DNA from: Spirochaetota bacterium
GTDB lineage: Bacteria; Spirochaetota; UBA4802; JAGODF01
Direction of reading: 5' to 3'
NCBI GenBank assembly: GCA_035380905.1
Contig: DAOSYC010000001.1
Span: 30,207 to 94,206, forward strand
Length of the DNA: 64,000 nt
Made by a program: the position numbers and the translations under genes. The stretch's first letter is position 1. Each line of letters opens with the position of its first letter. Below the pieces are notes generated by a model, which worked only from the letters and a program-made list of their open reading frames with translations, made no database searches and was not told the origin of the DNA. Of the stretch, positions 19,279 through 28,356 are shown in pieces.

Positions 19279-22050
19279 TTACTGTTTCTTCTGTATTTTC
19301 TGTATTATCCCTGTACAGCGCGGACATAGTTCAGGGTGCTGAGAATCGGTTCCAATAGCATCAGTATAGTTCCAGCATCGGACACATTTTACACCTGATG
19401 ATTTTGCTACAGCTATTGCCGAATTATCATACTCGGTGCACTCCCCGGTCATAGCATCAAGGAGCGTAACCTTCGATACCTGAAAAAACCGTGCAGCCTC
19501 ATCACCCATTTCCGAAACCAGGGATTTTACACCTGCACTCTTCATATATAGAGCGATATCAGCCTCAACTGACGTTCCGATCACCTTGTTTTTCCTTTCA
19601 TTTTCAAGTGCTTTCAGGACATCTTTTTTCAGATCAACCAGGTGTTCCATTTTCTTTTCAATATCAGTATTCATATACGCTTCGTCAAGCTGGTAATACC
19701 GCTGCATGTGAATTGAATCAGTGTTACCCATAAACCACCAGATTTCCTCCGCAGTAAACGCGAGTACCGGCGCTATGAGCCGCACCAGGGTTTCATACAA
19801 TTCTTTCAATACAGTCTGTGCAGCTTTCCTTCTTTTACTGTCTTTCATTTCGATATACAGAATATCTTTCGATACATCAAAATAAATTGAAGACAGTTCA
19901 ACAGCGCAGAAGTTCACAATTCTCCTGTATACCAGATGGAATTCGAACTTTTCATATGACTCAATCACCTGCTGTGACAGTACTGAAAGTTTATGAAGGA
20001 TCCACTTGTCAATGTCAGGAAGTTCATTATATGGTATTTTCTGGTCATCAGTGAAGTCTGAAATATTACCGATGATAAACTTCATGGTGTTCCGGATCTT
20101 TCTGTATGAATCGGCATTCTGCTTCATCATGTCAAAACCTATCCGCACATCGTTTCTGTAATCCTCTGAAGAAACCCATAGCCGGATGATATCGCTCCCG
20201 AACTTCTTTATGAGTTCATTCGGGTGGATCACATTTCCTTCAGATTTACTCATGGCCTTTCCCTGGTCATCCAGCACAAAACCGTGTGTCAGCACCGTAT
20301 TGTACGGAGCACGCTGACGCAACGCGAGTGCAGGCCAGAGAGACGACTGGAACCATCCACGGTGCTGGTCGCTGCCTTCAAGATACAGGTCTGCCGGCCA
20401 CCGGTGGTCCTGCCATTTCTCCAATACCGCGAAATGCGATACGCCGGAGTCAAACCATACATCAAGAATATCATACTCCTGAACAAACTCAGTGCTGCCG
20501 CATGTGCAGACAGTCCCTTCCGGTATCAGGTTGTTGATATCCTCCGTGTACCATGAATCCAGGCCCTTTTCCCGGGATATCTGTGCGAAATGAAGAATTG
20601 ATTCCGCAGACATCATATTCTTATCACACGATTTACATCTGAATGATGGAATCGGCACACCCCATGACCTCTGACGGGAAAGGCACCAGTCCGGTCTTGT
20701 TTCAACCATTCCCCTGAACCTCATTTCACCCCATTTCGGGATCCATCGGGTACTGTCTACCGCTTTCAACGCATGTTCACGAATATTCTTATGATCCATC
20801 ACAAAAAACCACTGCTCAGTTGCCCTGAAAATAAGGGGCTTTTTACAGCGCCAGCAGTGAGGATATGAGTGTTCAATTTCAAAGGAGTGAATCAGTGTGT
20901 TATTCTGCTTCATAAGGTCGATAATCTTCTGGTTGGCATCAAACACAAAGGTCCCTTTCATGGGTGCAAATTCATCGGTAAAACGGCCTTCATCATCGAC
21001 GGGAGAAAGTGTGTCAATCCCGTACTCAAGACCCACCATATAGTCCTCCTGGCCGTGTCCGGGTGCTATATGAACAATTCCGGACCCCTGCTCCAGTGTG
21101 ACAAAATTTCCGAACACCACCTTCGATTCCCGTTCAATAAATGGGTGAGTAACTTTTAACGATTCAATATCTTCTTTGGAAATTGCAGTCATACCTTCAT
21201 TTTTCAATTCTGTAATTGATTCAAAACCTTCAACGAGATCATCCGCAAGGATATAGAATTCATTACCGAATTTACACAGGGAATATTTAAACTGTGGATG
21301 AAAACACACCGCGAGGTTTGCCGGCAGAGTCCATGGTGTTGTTGTCCAGATAATTACATAGGTATTATCCTTATCAATTCCCTGAATATTTAGAGAAGAA
21401 GGATCAATTTTAAATTTTACAAAAATTGAAGGTGATTTGTGATCTCCATATTCAACTTCCGCTTCCGCGAGAGCGGTTACACAGGTCGGGCACCAGTAAA
21501 TAGGTTTTTTATTGCGGGTGATATAACCCTCTTCATAAATCTTTCCGAACACCTCAACAATCTTTGCTTCGTAGTCTGATGACATGGTGAGATACGGGTC
21601 TTCATAGTCTCCAAGTATGCCAAGACGCTTAAATTCCTCCATCTGGACCGATACAAACTTTCCCGCGTATTCCCTGCATTTACTGCGAATCTGGCTCTTC
21701 GGCATTTCCCGTGCCTTCTCACCAAGCTGCCGTGTAACCTGCAGTTCTATCGGCAGTCCGTGACAGTCCCATCCTGGTACATACGGAGCCCGGTATCCTA
21801 TCATTGTTTTATGTTTTACAATAATGTCTTTAAGGATTTTATTCAGGGCGTGACCAAGATGGATATTCCCGTTCGCGTAGGGAGGTCCGTCGTGGAGAAT
21901 ATACAGTTCATCATCTTTTCTGGACTCAAGAATTGTTTTATACAGGTTCTGCTCATCCCATTTTTTCAGTGTCTCCGGCTCCCTCTGCGGAAGATTTGCC
22001 CGCATGGGAAAATCAGTTTCCGGAAGATTTACAGTTTTGGAGTAATCCAT
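19279..22050 (-). CDS. ileS: Isoleucyl-tRNA synthetase
   Basis: Length 923 aa. HLGH (class I) at PYANGNIHLGHALNK, a KMSKS motif (KMSKSEGN), and a C-terminal zinc-binding CxxC...CPRC. Confidence 0.95.
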   Translation of the reverse strand: MDYSKTVNLPETDFPMRANLPQREPETLKKWDEQNLYKTILESRKDDELYILHDGPPYANGNIHLGHALNKILKDIIVKHKTMIGYRAPYVPGWDCHGLPIELQVTRQLGEKAREMPKSQIRSKCREYAGKFVSVQMEEFKRLGILGDYEDPYLTMSSDYEAKIVEVFGKIYEEGYITRNKKPIYWCPTCVTALAEAEVEYGDHKSPSIFVKFKIDPSSLNIQGIDKDNTYVIIWTTTPWTLPANLAVCFHPQFKYSLCKFGNEFYILADDLVEGFESITELKNEGMTAISKEDIESLKVTHPFIERESKVVFGNFVTLEQGSGIVHIAPGHGQEDYMVGLEYGIDTLSPVDDEGRFTDEFAPMKGTFVFDANQKIIDLMKQNNTLIHSFEIEHSYPHCWRCKKPLIFRATEQWFFVMDHKNIREHALKAVDSTRWIPKWGEMRFRGMVETRPDWCLSRQRSWGVPIPSFRCKSCDKNMMSAESILHFAQISREKGLDSWYTEDINNLIPEGTVCTCGSTEFVQEYDILDVWFDSGVSHFAVLEKWQDHRWPADLYLEGSDQHRGWFQSSLWPALALRQRAPYNTVLTHGFVLDDQGKAMSKSEGNVIHPNELIKKFGSDIIRLWVSSEDYRNDVRIGFDMMKQNADSYRKIRNTMKFIIGNISDFTDDQKIPYNELPDIDKWILHKLSVLSQQVIESYEKFEFHLVYRRIVNFCAVELSSIYFDVSKDILYIEMKDSKRRKAAQTVLKELYETLVRLIAPVLAFTAEEIWWFMGNTDSIHMQRYYQLDEAYMNTDIEKKMEHLVDLKKDVLKALENERKNKVIGTSVEADIALYMKSAGVKSLVSEMGDEAARFFQVSKVTLLDAMTGECTEYDNSAIAVAKSSGVKCVRCWNYTDAIGTDSQHPELCPRCTGIIQKIQKKQ

Positions 22051-22536
22051 GTGGTCCTCTCATTATCACATTTTATTTCTTACTATATCGGCAATGCCTT
22101 ACAGGTATAATTCCCAATCTTTGGAGTAATATATTATCGATAGTAACGTCTCTCTTGTAATACACCTGCGGATGTGGGGGGATTATCATTGCCGGTACTA
22201 TGTACTAACGGCCGCCATCCTTCCTGAAAGAAAGACTGCGCCGTGCTCACGTTCTTCATATTTCATTCAAGAGACACAACCATCAGACACTTTTGTCAAT
22301 ATATTTTTCATCAAAATCCATTCACGTATATTGACCGGTAATTAATTGACGCAGCACGTGATAAGTATCGGAAACATATATTGAAGTCATCACTTCATTT
22401 ACCACTCCAGATTAATCAGCAGATAATATACAATTGTACCGCGATTTTTTTATTCAACAAGATTTGCGGTTCAACAATACTTCTGCAGATATGTATCCGT
22501 AAAAAAATATCTTGCACTGTTTAATATTGATGCCAC

Positions 22537-23235
22537 ATGTTGCCTATGGATTGTACCAGTGAAATATTGTTATGCCAGCCCGATTCAGGAAAAGGGTGCT
22601 CTGTGTGCTGCGGACTTTTTAATTTTAAGGATATTTCCCGTGAGTCACTCACTTCATTTTTACAGAAACCCATCCCTTCACCGGCAGAGACGGAAGATGA
22701 CCAGTATGGAACTTCGTATCTGTACCGTAATGACATCCGGGATGTGACATCGCATATTTGCCCTTATCAGGGTTTTTTATCGGAAGGCAAACCGGGCTGC
22801 AGAATTCATCCCGCGGTATGCGGAAAGGACAACAGGGACCACTCTCTTTTCGGAAAAACAATCTGCGACCGGTTTTTGTGTCCGGCACACAGAATACTTG
22901 ATAACAGGGAAAAAATATATCTGACAAAATATGTTCGTGACTGGTATTGCTATTCGATTGCCATTATTGATCCCGGAACGTTTTCATGGATTATACAGGA
23001 AATTACACGGAAGTATTCTATAAAAGACTGTGATGATTATTTGATTACAGATGTTCTTGAAAATGCCCTGTCACTGCATGCGAAATATATGAATTCTACG
23101 GAACAGGCCCTCTTTTATTATTCTGTACCTGAATACATATCTCATAGAGAGTTATTCTGGGCAGGTGCAGAAACAACCTCCGCAGAGAATGAACAAAAAG
23201 AAATACGCCGTATTGTGAGTATTTTATTTGAGTGA
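22537..23235 (+). CDS. Cysteine-rich hypothetical protein (possible YkgJ-like Zn/Fe-chelating CxxCC module)
   Basis: GKGCSVCCGLFNF then HICPYQGF...GCRIHPAVCG...ICDRFLCPAH gives eight Cys in the first 120 aa. No catalytic motif identified. Its 3' end overlaps the convergent manC by 12 nt. Confidence 0.45.
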   Translation: MLPMDCTSEILLCQPDSGKGCSVCCGLFNFKDISRESLTSFLQKPIPSPAETEDDQYGTSYLYRNDIRDVTSHICPYQGFLSEGKPGCRIHPAVCGKDNRDHSLFGKTICDRFLCPAHRILDNREKIYLTKYVRDWYCYSIAIIDPGTFSWIIQEITRKYSIKDCDDYLITDVLENALSLHAKYMNSTEQALFYYSVPEYISHRELFWAGAETTSAENEQKEIRRIVSILFE

Positions 23236-24300
23236 ATCCCTTTCTTTCACAATTTCAACCACGCGTCGTACCTTCTGAGAGGAATTCTTATCCATTACCA
23301 GAATATCATTTCCTGATTCGATTACAACAATATTTGACAATCCGATCAGTGTTATGCGCTTCCCTTCTGGAAACGCTGAACAGTCACTTGAATCAAGAAA
23401 TATTACTTTGTCCTTTTCGGGGGTTCTGTTGTTGTTGCCGTTTGCCGGCAGTATACCATCAATTGAATACCAGCTTCCAAGATCAGCCCACCCGAAGTCA
23501 CCGGGAATAACAAGCCTGTTTTCTGCTTTTTCCATTATACCGAAATCAATTGATTCTTTTTTCAATTCTTCAAATATGGTTTTCTTAATGTTCCATGTAG
23601 TGTCATCGTTGGAACGTATTACATCATGTTCCATCGACCGCATGGGTTCAAAAGCCATATATAAATCCGGCATCAGTTTTTTAAAATTTTTCAAAATCTG
23701 TGAAGTCTTCCACACAAAGATGCCGCTGTTCCAGAAAAAATTCCCTTCATCAAGATACTGCTGCGCCCTGGCAAGATCAGGTTTTTCCACAAATTGTTCA
23801 ACATTCCGTACTTTTCCATCAGATTCAACAGATTGTATGTATCCATACCCTGTTTCCGGATATGTCGGAGTAATACCAATTGATACCAGCTTATCAGATT
23901 GTGCATGATCAACAGCAGTTCGAAGAATATCAAGAAAACCCTCTGGATCACCAATGTAATGATCTGCAGGAAGCATTATCATTATCGAATCATCGCCTGT
24001 TTTTTCAAGATAGGTTGCTGCGTATAACACAGCAGCAGCTGTATTTCTTGGATACGGTTCTGCAAGTATAACGCCTTCGACACCGCATTTATCAAGCTCC
24101 TGCAGTGAAGCAGACTCGTATTGTAATGAAGTTACTATTACGTAATTTTCCGGATTCAGGGGAAACAGCCGTTTAATTGTTTCTTCTAATAGAGTACCAT
24201 CTCCTGAAAGGTTATGAAACTGCTTGGGCTTGTCCTCTCTGCTGAGCGGCCATAATCGGGTACCGGCTCCGCCGGCAAGAATTACAGGTATAATTTTCAT
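23224..24300 (-). CDS. manC: Mannose-1-phosphate guanylyltransferase (GDP-mannose pyrophosphorylase, nucleotidyltransferase-only form)
   Basis: MKIIPVILAGGAGTRLWPLSR sugar-nucleotidyltransferase signature. No fused PMI/cupin domain. Confidence 0.8.
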   Translation of the reverse strand: MKIIPVILAGGAGTRLWPLSREDKPKQFHNLSGDGTLLEETIKRLFPLNPENYVIVTSLQYESASLQELDKCGVEGVILAEPYPRNTAAAVLYAATYLEKTGDDSIMIMLPADHYIGDPEGFLDILRTAVDHAQSDKLVSIGITPTYPETGYGYIQSVESDGKVRNVEQFVEKPDLARAQQYLDEGNFFWNSGIFVWKTSQILKNFKKLMPDLYMAFEPMRSMEHDVIRSNDDTTWNIKKTIFEELKKESIDFGIMEKAENRLVIPGDFGWADLGSWYSIDGILPANGNNNRTPEKDKVIFLDSSDCSAFPEGKRITLIGLSNIVVIESGNDILVMDKNSSQKVRRVVEIVKERDSLK

Positions 24301-24609
24301 TGTTATCCAACCATCGTATTGTCAGTATCTTTAATAGTCACTGTCTTATAAATATTACATTGCATGAATACCAGTCACAGTTTTTTCATGACAGAATTTG
24401 CTGTCAATTAATAATTTACACAGTTTAACCTATCTTGTAATACACTGGCAATCGTAGATATGATTATATTCACAATGTATCATGGGTAAATGTCATTTTG
24501 AGGAAGGGATGTATGAATGTGGTTTATTCAGAACAGCAAATAAAGTAATTACTGGATATTTTATTAGAAGAAACCCTTGTTCGATCATGGGTATTTAATT
24601 TTGCCAGGA

Positions 24610-27609
24610 TTAGTCTTTCATTTTCTTAGCTTCTTCGTCGGTAATTCTCCATTCGTATGCTGATTTATTAACAGGAAGCGGAATTCTTTCCCCGGATTCC
24701 TCTTCATTTTGATTTTCAGGGTCTTTCTGACGCCATCGGTTTCTTTCATCTTCGATTTTTTTGTTTATCCTCTCAAGACTCAATTGAATATCGCTGTCAT
24801 TTGGATCTTTCAGAATTGCTTTCTCGTAGCTGCTTTTTGCCTCAAGAATTCTCCCGGTTTCTTCATATGTTAATCCCAGATAAAAATAAACCTGGGCTGA
24901 ATCATTATTTAAATCTATTGAATGCTGAAAATACGGCATGGCTTCTTTAGCCTTACCGCTTGAAAAAAGGAGTACACCCATCTGATATTGTACCCGTGGA
25001 TCATCTTTTTTCAGCCTCATCGCCTGCTGCATATATTCAAATGATTCATTGACCTGTTGAAGCGTAAGACACAGAAGTCCCACACGGTAATTTGCATCAA
25101 AATTATTTTTGTTTATTGTCAGGATAGCCTGATATAGATTCTTTGCCTGTTCCCAGTTTTTATCTTTTTCAAGCTGCACCGCGGTATCATAATAAAATCG
25201 TTCCTTAAATTCCAGGATTTTACCCAGATACTTCCGTAGATCAGGCCTGTATGCACTGTAGACATACAGCTTCATCAATATTTCTGATTCTTTTTTAAAC
25301 TCCTTTTGTATTACATATAACTCTGCCTCTTTCAGCATTGAGAAAATTGCACTATTTCTCTGGAGGGAATTCTTCATGTTTCGTTTAAAGTACACATTTT
25401 CCCGGATATCAGGTATAAGCTCTATAATTCTGTCATTATGCTGAAAATATGATTCTTCAATTGAAGCCGGCAGAATAATATTTGCCCCTCTTTTCATAAA
25501 ATAAAAGAAATCAGGTGATGTTACTTTTATATCAGGGAAAAACCCTTCATATCCGGTAAAAAACAGATGGGAAACCATATGCTCTTCATTGAAAAAAAGA
25601 TATACTGATTCAGGCATATCGAGGAACAAATCACTGACTGTTTTAACATGGGCGGGAGTAATACTGAAAGCCTCAGGACTTTCCGATGCCATGACAAGAA
25701 GTATATTTGAGAACAGATACCCCACAGTGGAAGGAAACACTTTCTTCAAATTCTGTCGTGATACAGCAATTGTATGTCTTGAAAAATAATTTAAATCAAA
25801 AATCTGTGCAAAAATTCCTCTCCCCAGAAGCCGATTTTTTGCGATAGTATAGTATTTTTCAGAATATTTCATGGTGTTCATATTCTGATCATAAAGATTC
25901 GGTATATCAACAATGATAGAATAAGAATCACTGTTTTTAGTAAGAAATTTTACCGCATCACGTGAATCGACAAGATATGATTTTCTTCCTGATAAAGGAA
26001 GAGTGTTGTAGTCTACTGTTTCTTCAGGAACATAATCAATTACTTTATACTTTTTAAAATATCCAATTACCGGGTTCTGAAAAAATTTCTGATACCCGTC
26101 AATAAAGAGCACATTTTTTTTATCATCTTCATTCGATGCATACATATACACAGGCACAAGGGCCCTTTTCAGATTCCGAAGAGTACTGTCGGTATTGTCA
26201 AAAATCAAATAATTATGCAGTGACACGTCAACGGGATTCTGTATGTACATTGAGTTGTAATTTTTATTATATATCTGGTTAAACCCCTCAATGTGCCGTA
26301 TAAAAACATTATCATCTATGGGTATTTTATAATATGCATGAACAAACACAATTGCCGGAATAAAAAACATTGAAAAAACAAAATACAATATTTTTTTAAA
26401 CGGCTGAATATCCCTCTGCAGTAAATGAATTCCCGGCAACACAACATTCAGTACCATTACAATATACAGGAAAACGTAAAACCAAAGGTTCGTGAAACGC
26501 AGATACAGCAACGACACAAAGATTGGCACAGGAAGAATAAATAGGGACAAGTCTATTATGTTGAACCGTTTATTATGGTCGTATTGCAGCAATATGTTAT
26601 TGATTGTCTTATACGCCGAAAAACCAAACATAACTGAAGGAACCATAAAAAAGAGGATACTGTAATACTGAAGTGTCTCTCCATACAACGTAACGAGGAC
26701 CATAAAAGATAAAAATAAAACCGGAAAAATCATTTCGCTGTAAATATACCAGAAAGCACTGCGCAAAAAACGGGCAATACCGAATCCTATAAGCACCGAT
26801 ACCACCAGAGATACAAGAAACATCATCTGAACGTGAAGAAAATTTCCCAAATTCTTTATTATAATTTCATATCCAAGAAAGACATAAATTAGAACATACG
26901 TAAAGTTCAGGAATGTAAAATATATATCATCCCGAACCCCCGTCTGTGTTTCTTTCACATCGTCTGAATCCTCTGTATCCTGAGCATATTGCGTTGAAGA
27001 ATTGTACATGAGGCGGATAACAAAAATTGTGGAAAAAACAGGAAGCAGCAGAACAGCGGCATAAGAGATGCCATCAATGAAAAAATGCAGTATATAGTAT
27101 AATGCGATACCTGTGAGAAATCCTGTAAGAACAGATGACAAAAAAGCCAGTGTCCCCTTTTTATCATCAATAAAGTTGCCGCAGGTTATTTTGAGAAAAT
27201 AGTTTAATTTAATACCTGCAAAAAATGGAAGGATACCCAGGAACAATGGCAGCCAATGCAGATTATTGAAAATAAATTCCCGCAGCGCCTGTTCCTGTAT
27301 AAAATAAAAATACTGCTGTAAAAAATATCCAAGGGCAATCAGAAAGAAGAAGAGTTCAGAAATTATATAGATAATTCTGAATTGTGTCATGCGGAATAAT
27401 AATTTTCCAGTCAGGTTTCCTAAGAAGATACCGATCGCAACAGACAGAATCAGCTCCCTGAAAACATGACGGTAGAGAAAATAAAAATTGTATGATACAG
27501 CAATATCAGTATAAATTATGCAGAGCACGGAAAAAGTCAGGAATGTATTAAAAAATATTATCCGCCGTTGAAAAATATCAGTATAGCTGAATTCTTTTAG
27601 TAGTTTCAT
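24610..27609 (-). CDS. Large polytopic membrane protein with a degenerate spermidine-synthase-like (PABS-fold) middle domain and C-terminal TPR repeats
   Basis: Length 999 aa. About 12 predicted TM helices in the N-terminal 520 aa. The middle region VLFIDGYQKF...DSRDAVKFLTKNSDSYSIIVDIPNL...YSEKYYTIAKNRLLGRGIFAQ aligns by eye to the spermidine synthase core but lacks the GGGDGG SAM loop. The C-terminal 250 aa are TPR-like (AKNLYQAIL..., YFYLGLTYEETGRILEAKSSYEKAILKDPND). Confidence 0.65.
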   Translation of the reverse strand: MKLLKEFSYTDIFQRRIIFFNTFLTFSVLCIIYTDIAVSYNFYFLYRHVFRELILSVAIGIFLGNLTGKLLFRMTQFRIIYIISELFFFLIALGYFLQQYFYFIQEQALREFIFNNLHWLPLFLGILPFFAGIKLNYFLKITCGNFIDDKKGTLAFLSSVLTGFLTGIALYYILHFFIDGISYAAVLLLPVFSTIFVIRLMYNSSTQYAQDTEDSDDVKETQTGVRDDIYFTFLNFTYVLIYVFLGYEIIIKNLGNFLHVQMMFLVSLVVSVLIGFGIARFLRSAFWYIYSEMIFPVLFLSFMVLVTLYGETLQYYSILFFMVPSVMFGFSAYKTINNILLQYDHNKRFNIIDLSLFILPVPIFVSLLYLRFTNLWFYVFLYIVMVLNVVLPGIHLLQRDIQPFKKILYFVFSMFFIPAIVFVHAYYKIPIDDNVFIRHIEGFNQIYNKNYNSMYIQNPVDVSLHNYLIFDNTDSTLRNLKRALVPVYMYASNEDDKKNVLFIDGYQKFFQNPVIGYFKKYKVIDYVPEETVDYNTLPLSGRKSYLVDSRDAVKFLTKNSDSYSIIVDIPNLYDQNMNTMKYSEKYYTIAKNRLLGRGIFAQIFDLNYFSRHTIAVSRQNLKKVFPSTVGYLFSNILLVMASESPEAFSITPAHVKTVSDLFLDMPESVYLFFNEEHMVSHLFFTGYEGFFPDIKVTSPDFFYFMKRGANIILPASIEESYFQHNDRIIELIPDIRENVYFKRNMKNSLQRNSAIFSMLKEAELYVIQKEFKKESEILMKLYVYSAYRPDLRKYLGKILEFKERFYYDTAVQLEKDKNWEQAKNLYQAILTINKNNFDANYRVGLLCLTLQQVNESFEYMQQAMRLKKDDPRVQYQMGVLLFSSGKAKEAMPYFQHSIDLNNDSAQVYFYLGLTYEETGRILEAKSSYEKAILKDPNDSDIQLSLERINKKIEDERNRWRQKDPENQNEEESGERIPLPVNKSAYEWRITDEEAKKMKD

Positions 27610-28030
27610 TATGCAGTTTCACGTATAACATTTATTTACTAAATTACAGTACACACTATGTATCTTATTCTTTTTTACATTGCACGTAATAACAGGTAAT
27701 AAACTAAATTACAACAAATTTTTAATATTTGTAATATTCACATGATCAGGAACCATTATAAATTAATATCTGTTTCAATAAAATAAACAGTGTTCTGAAA
27801 TCTTTTTTTTGTGGTACAGGTCATAAATATTATTGCTGTTTTACTGAAAAAATAGTAAGCAAAACGAGTAAAAAATCCGTAAATTAAAAAGAGAGATGAA
27901 GTTCTGAAAACCTAACGCATGCGTTATAAAGCATGTGGGATGTTTCAGATAATTCATTGAATAAGATCCTTTTCACAGGCAATGATTTTTTGATAATTGT
28001 TTATAAAATGTATATATTATTGGTAGGCAT

Positions 28031-28339
28031 ATGAAGGCTGAATACATACCGGAAAACAATCTTGTGGTTCTTTTTCTCCTTTTTCTGCTGACCGGAGGAG
28101 TGTATTACTTCTGGTGGCTGGCCCGTACGAGTGAGATTTTCAATGATAATCCAGTATCAAACATTTTGCTCGTAGTTCTTACTCTCGGTTTCTGGGGACT
28201 ATATATAAATGTCAAATACATTCAGAAGTCCGAGGAAATAAACGGGAGGGAAATGAAATGGTATCTTGTTTTTTTCCTCGTTATTGCGCCTTTAATTATT
28301 CAGCACAATGTTAATGAAAAGTATTATCCGGGCAGGTAG
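28031..28339 (+). CDS. Small two-TM membrane protein (DUF4234-like)
   Basis: LVVLFLLFLLTGGVYYFWWL and LVVLTLGFWGLYINV are hydrophobic helices. The gene lies 17 nt upstream of the next ORF. Confidence 0.5.
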   Translation: MKAEYIPENNLVVLFLLFLLTGGVYYFWWLARTSEIFNDNPVSNILLVVLTLGFWGLYINVKYIQKSEEINGREMKWYLVFFLVIAPLIIQHNVNEKYYPGR

Positions 28340-28356
28340 GCGATCAGGAGAGCAAA

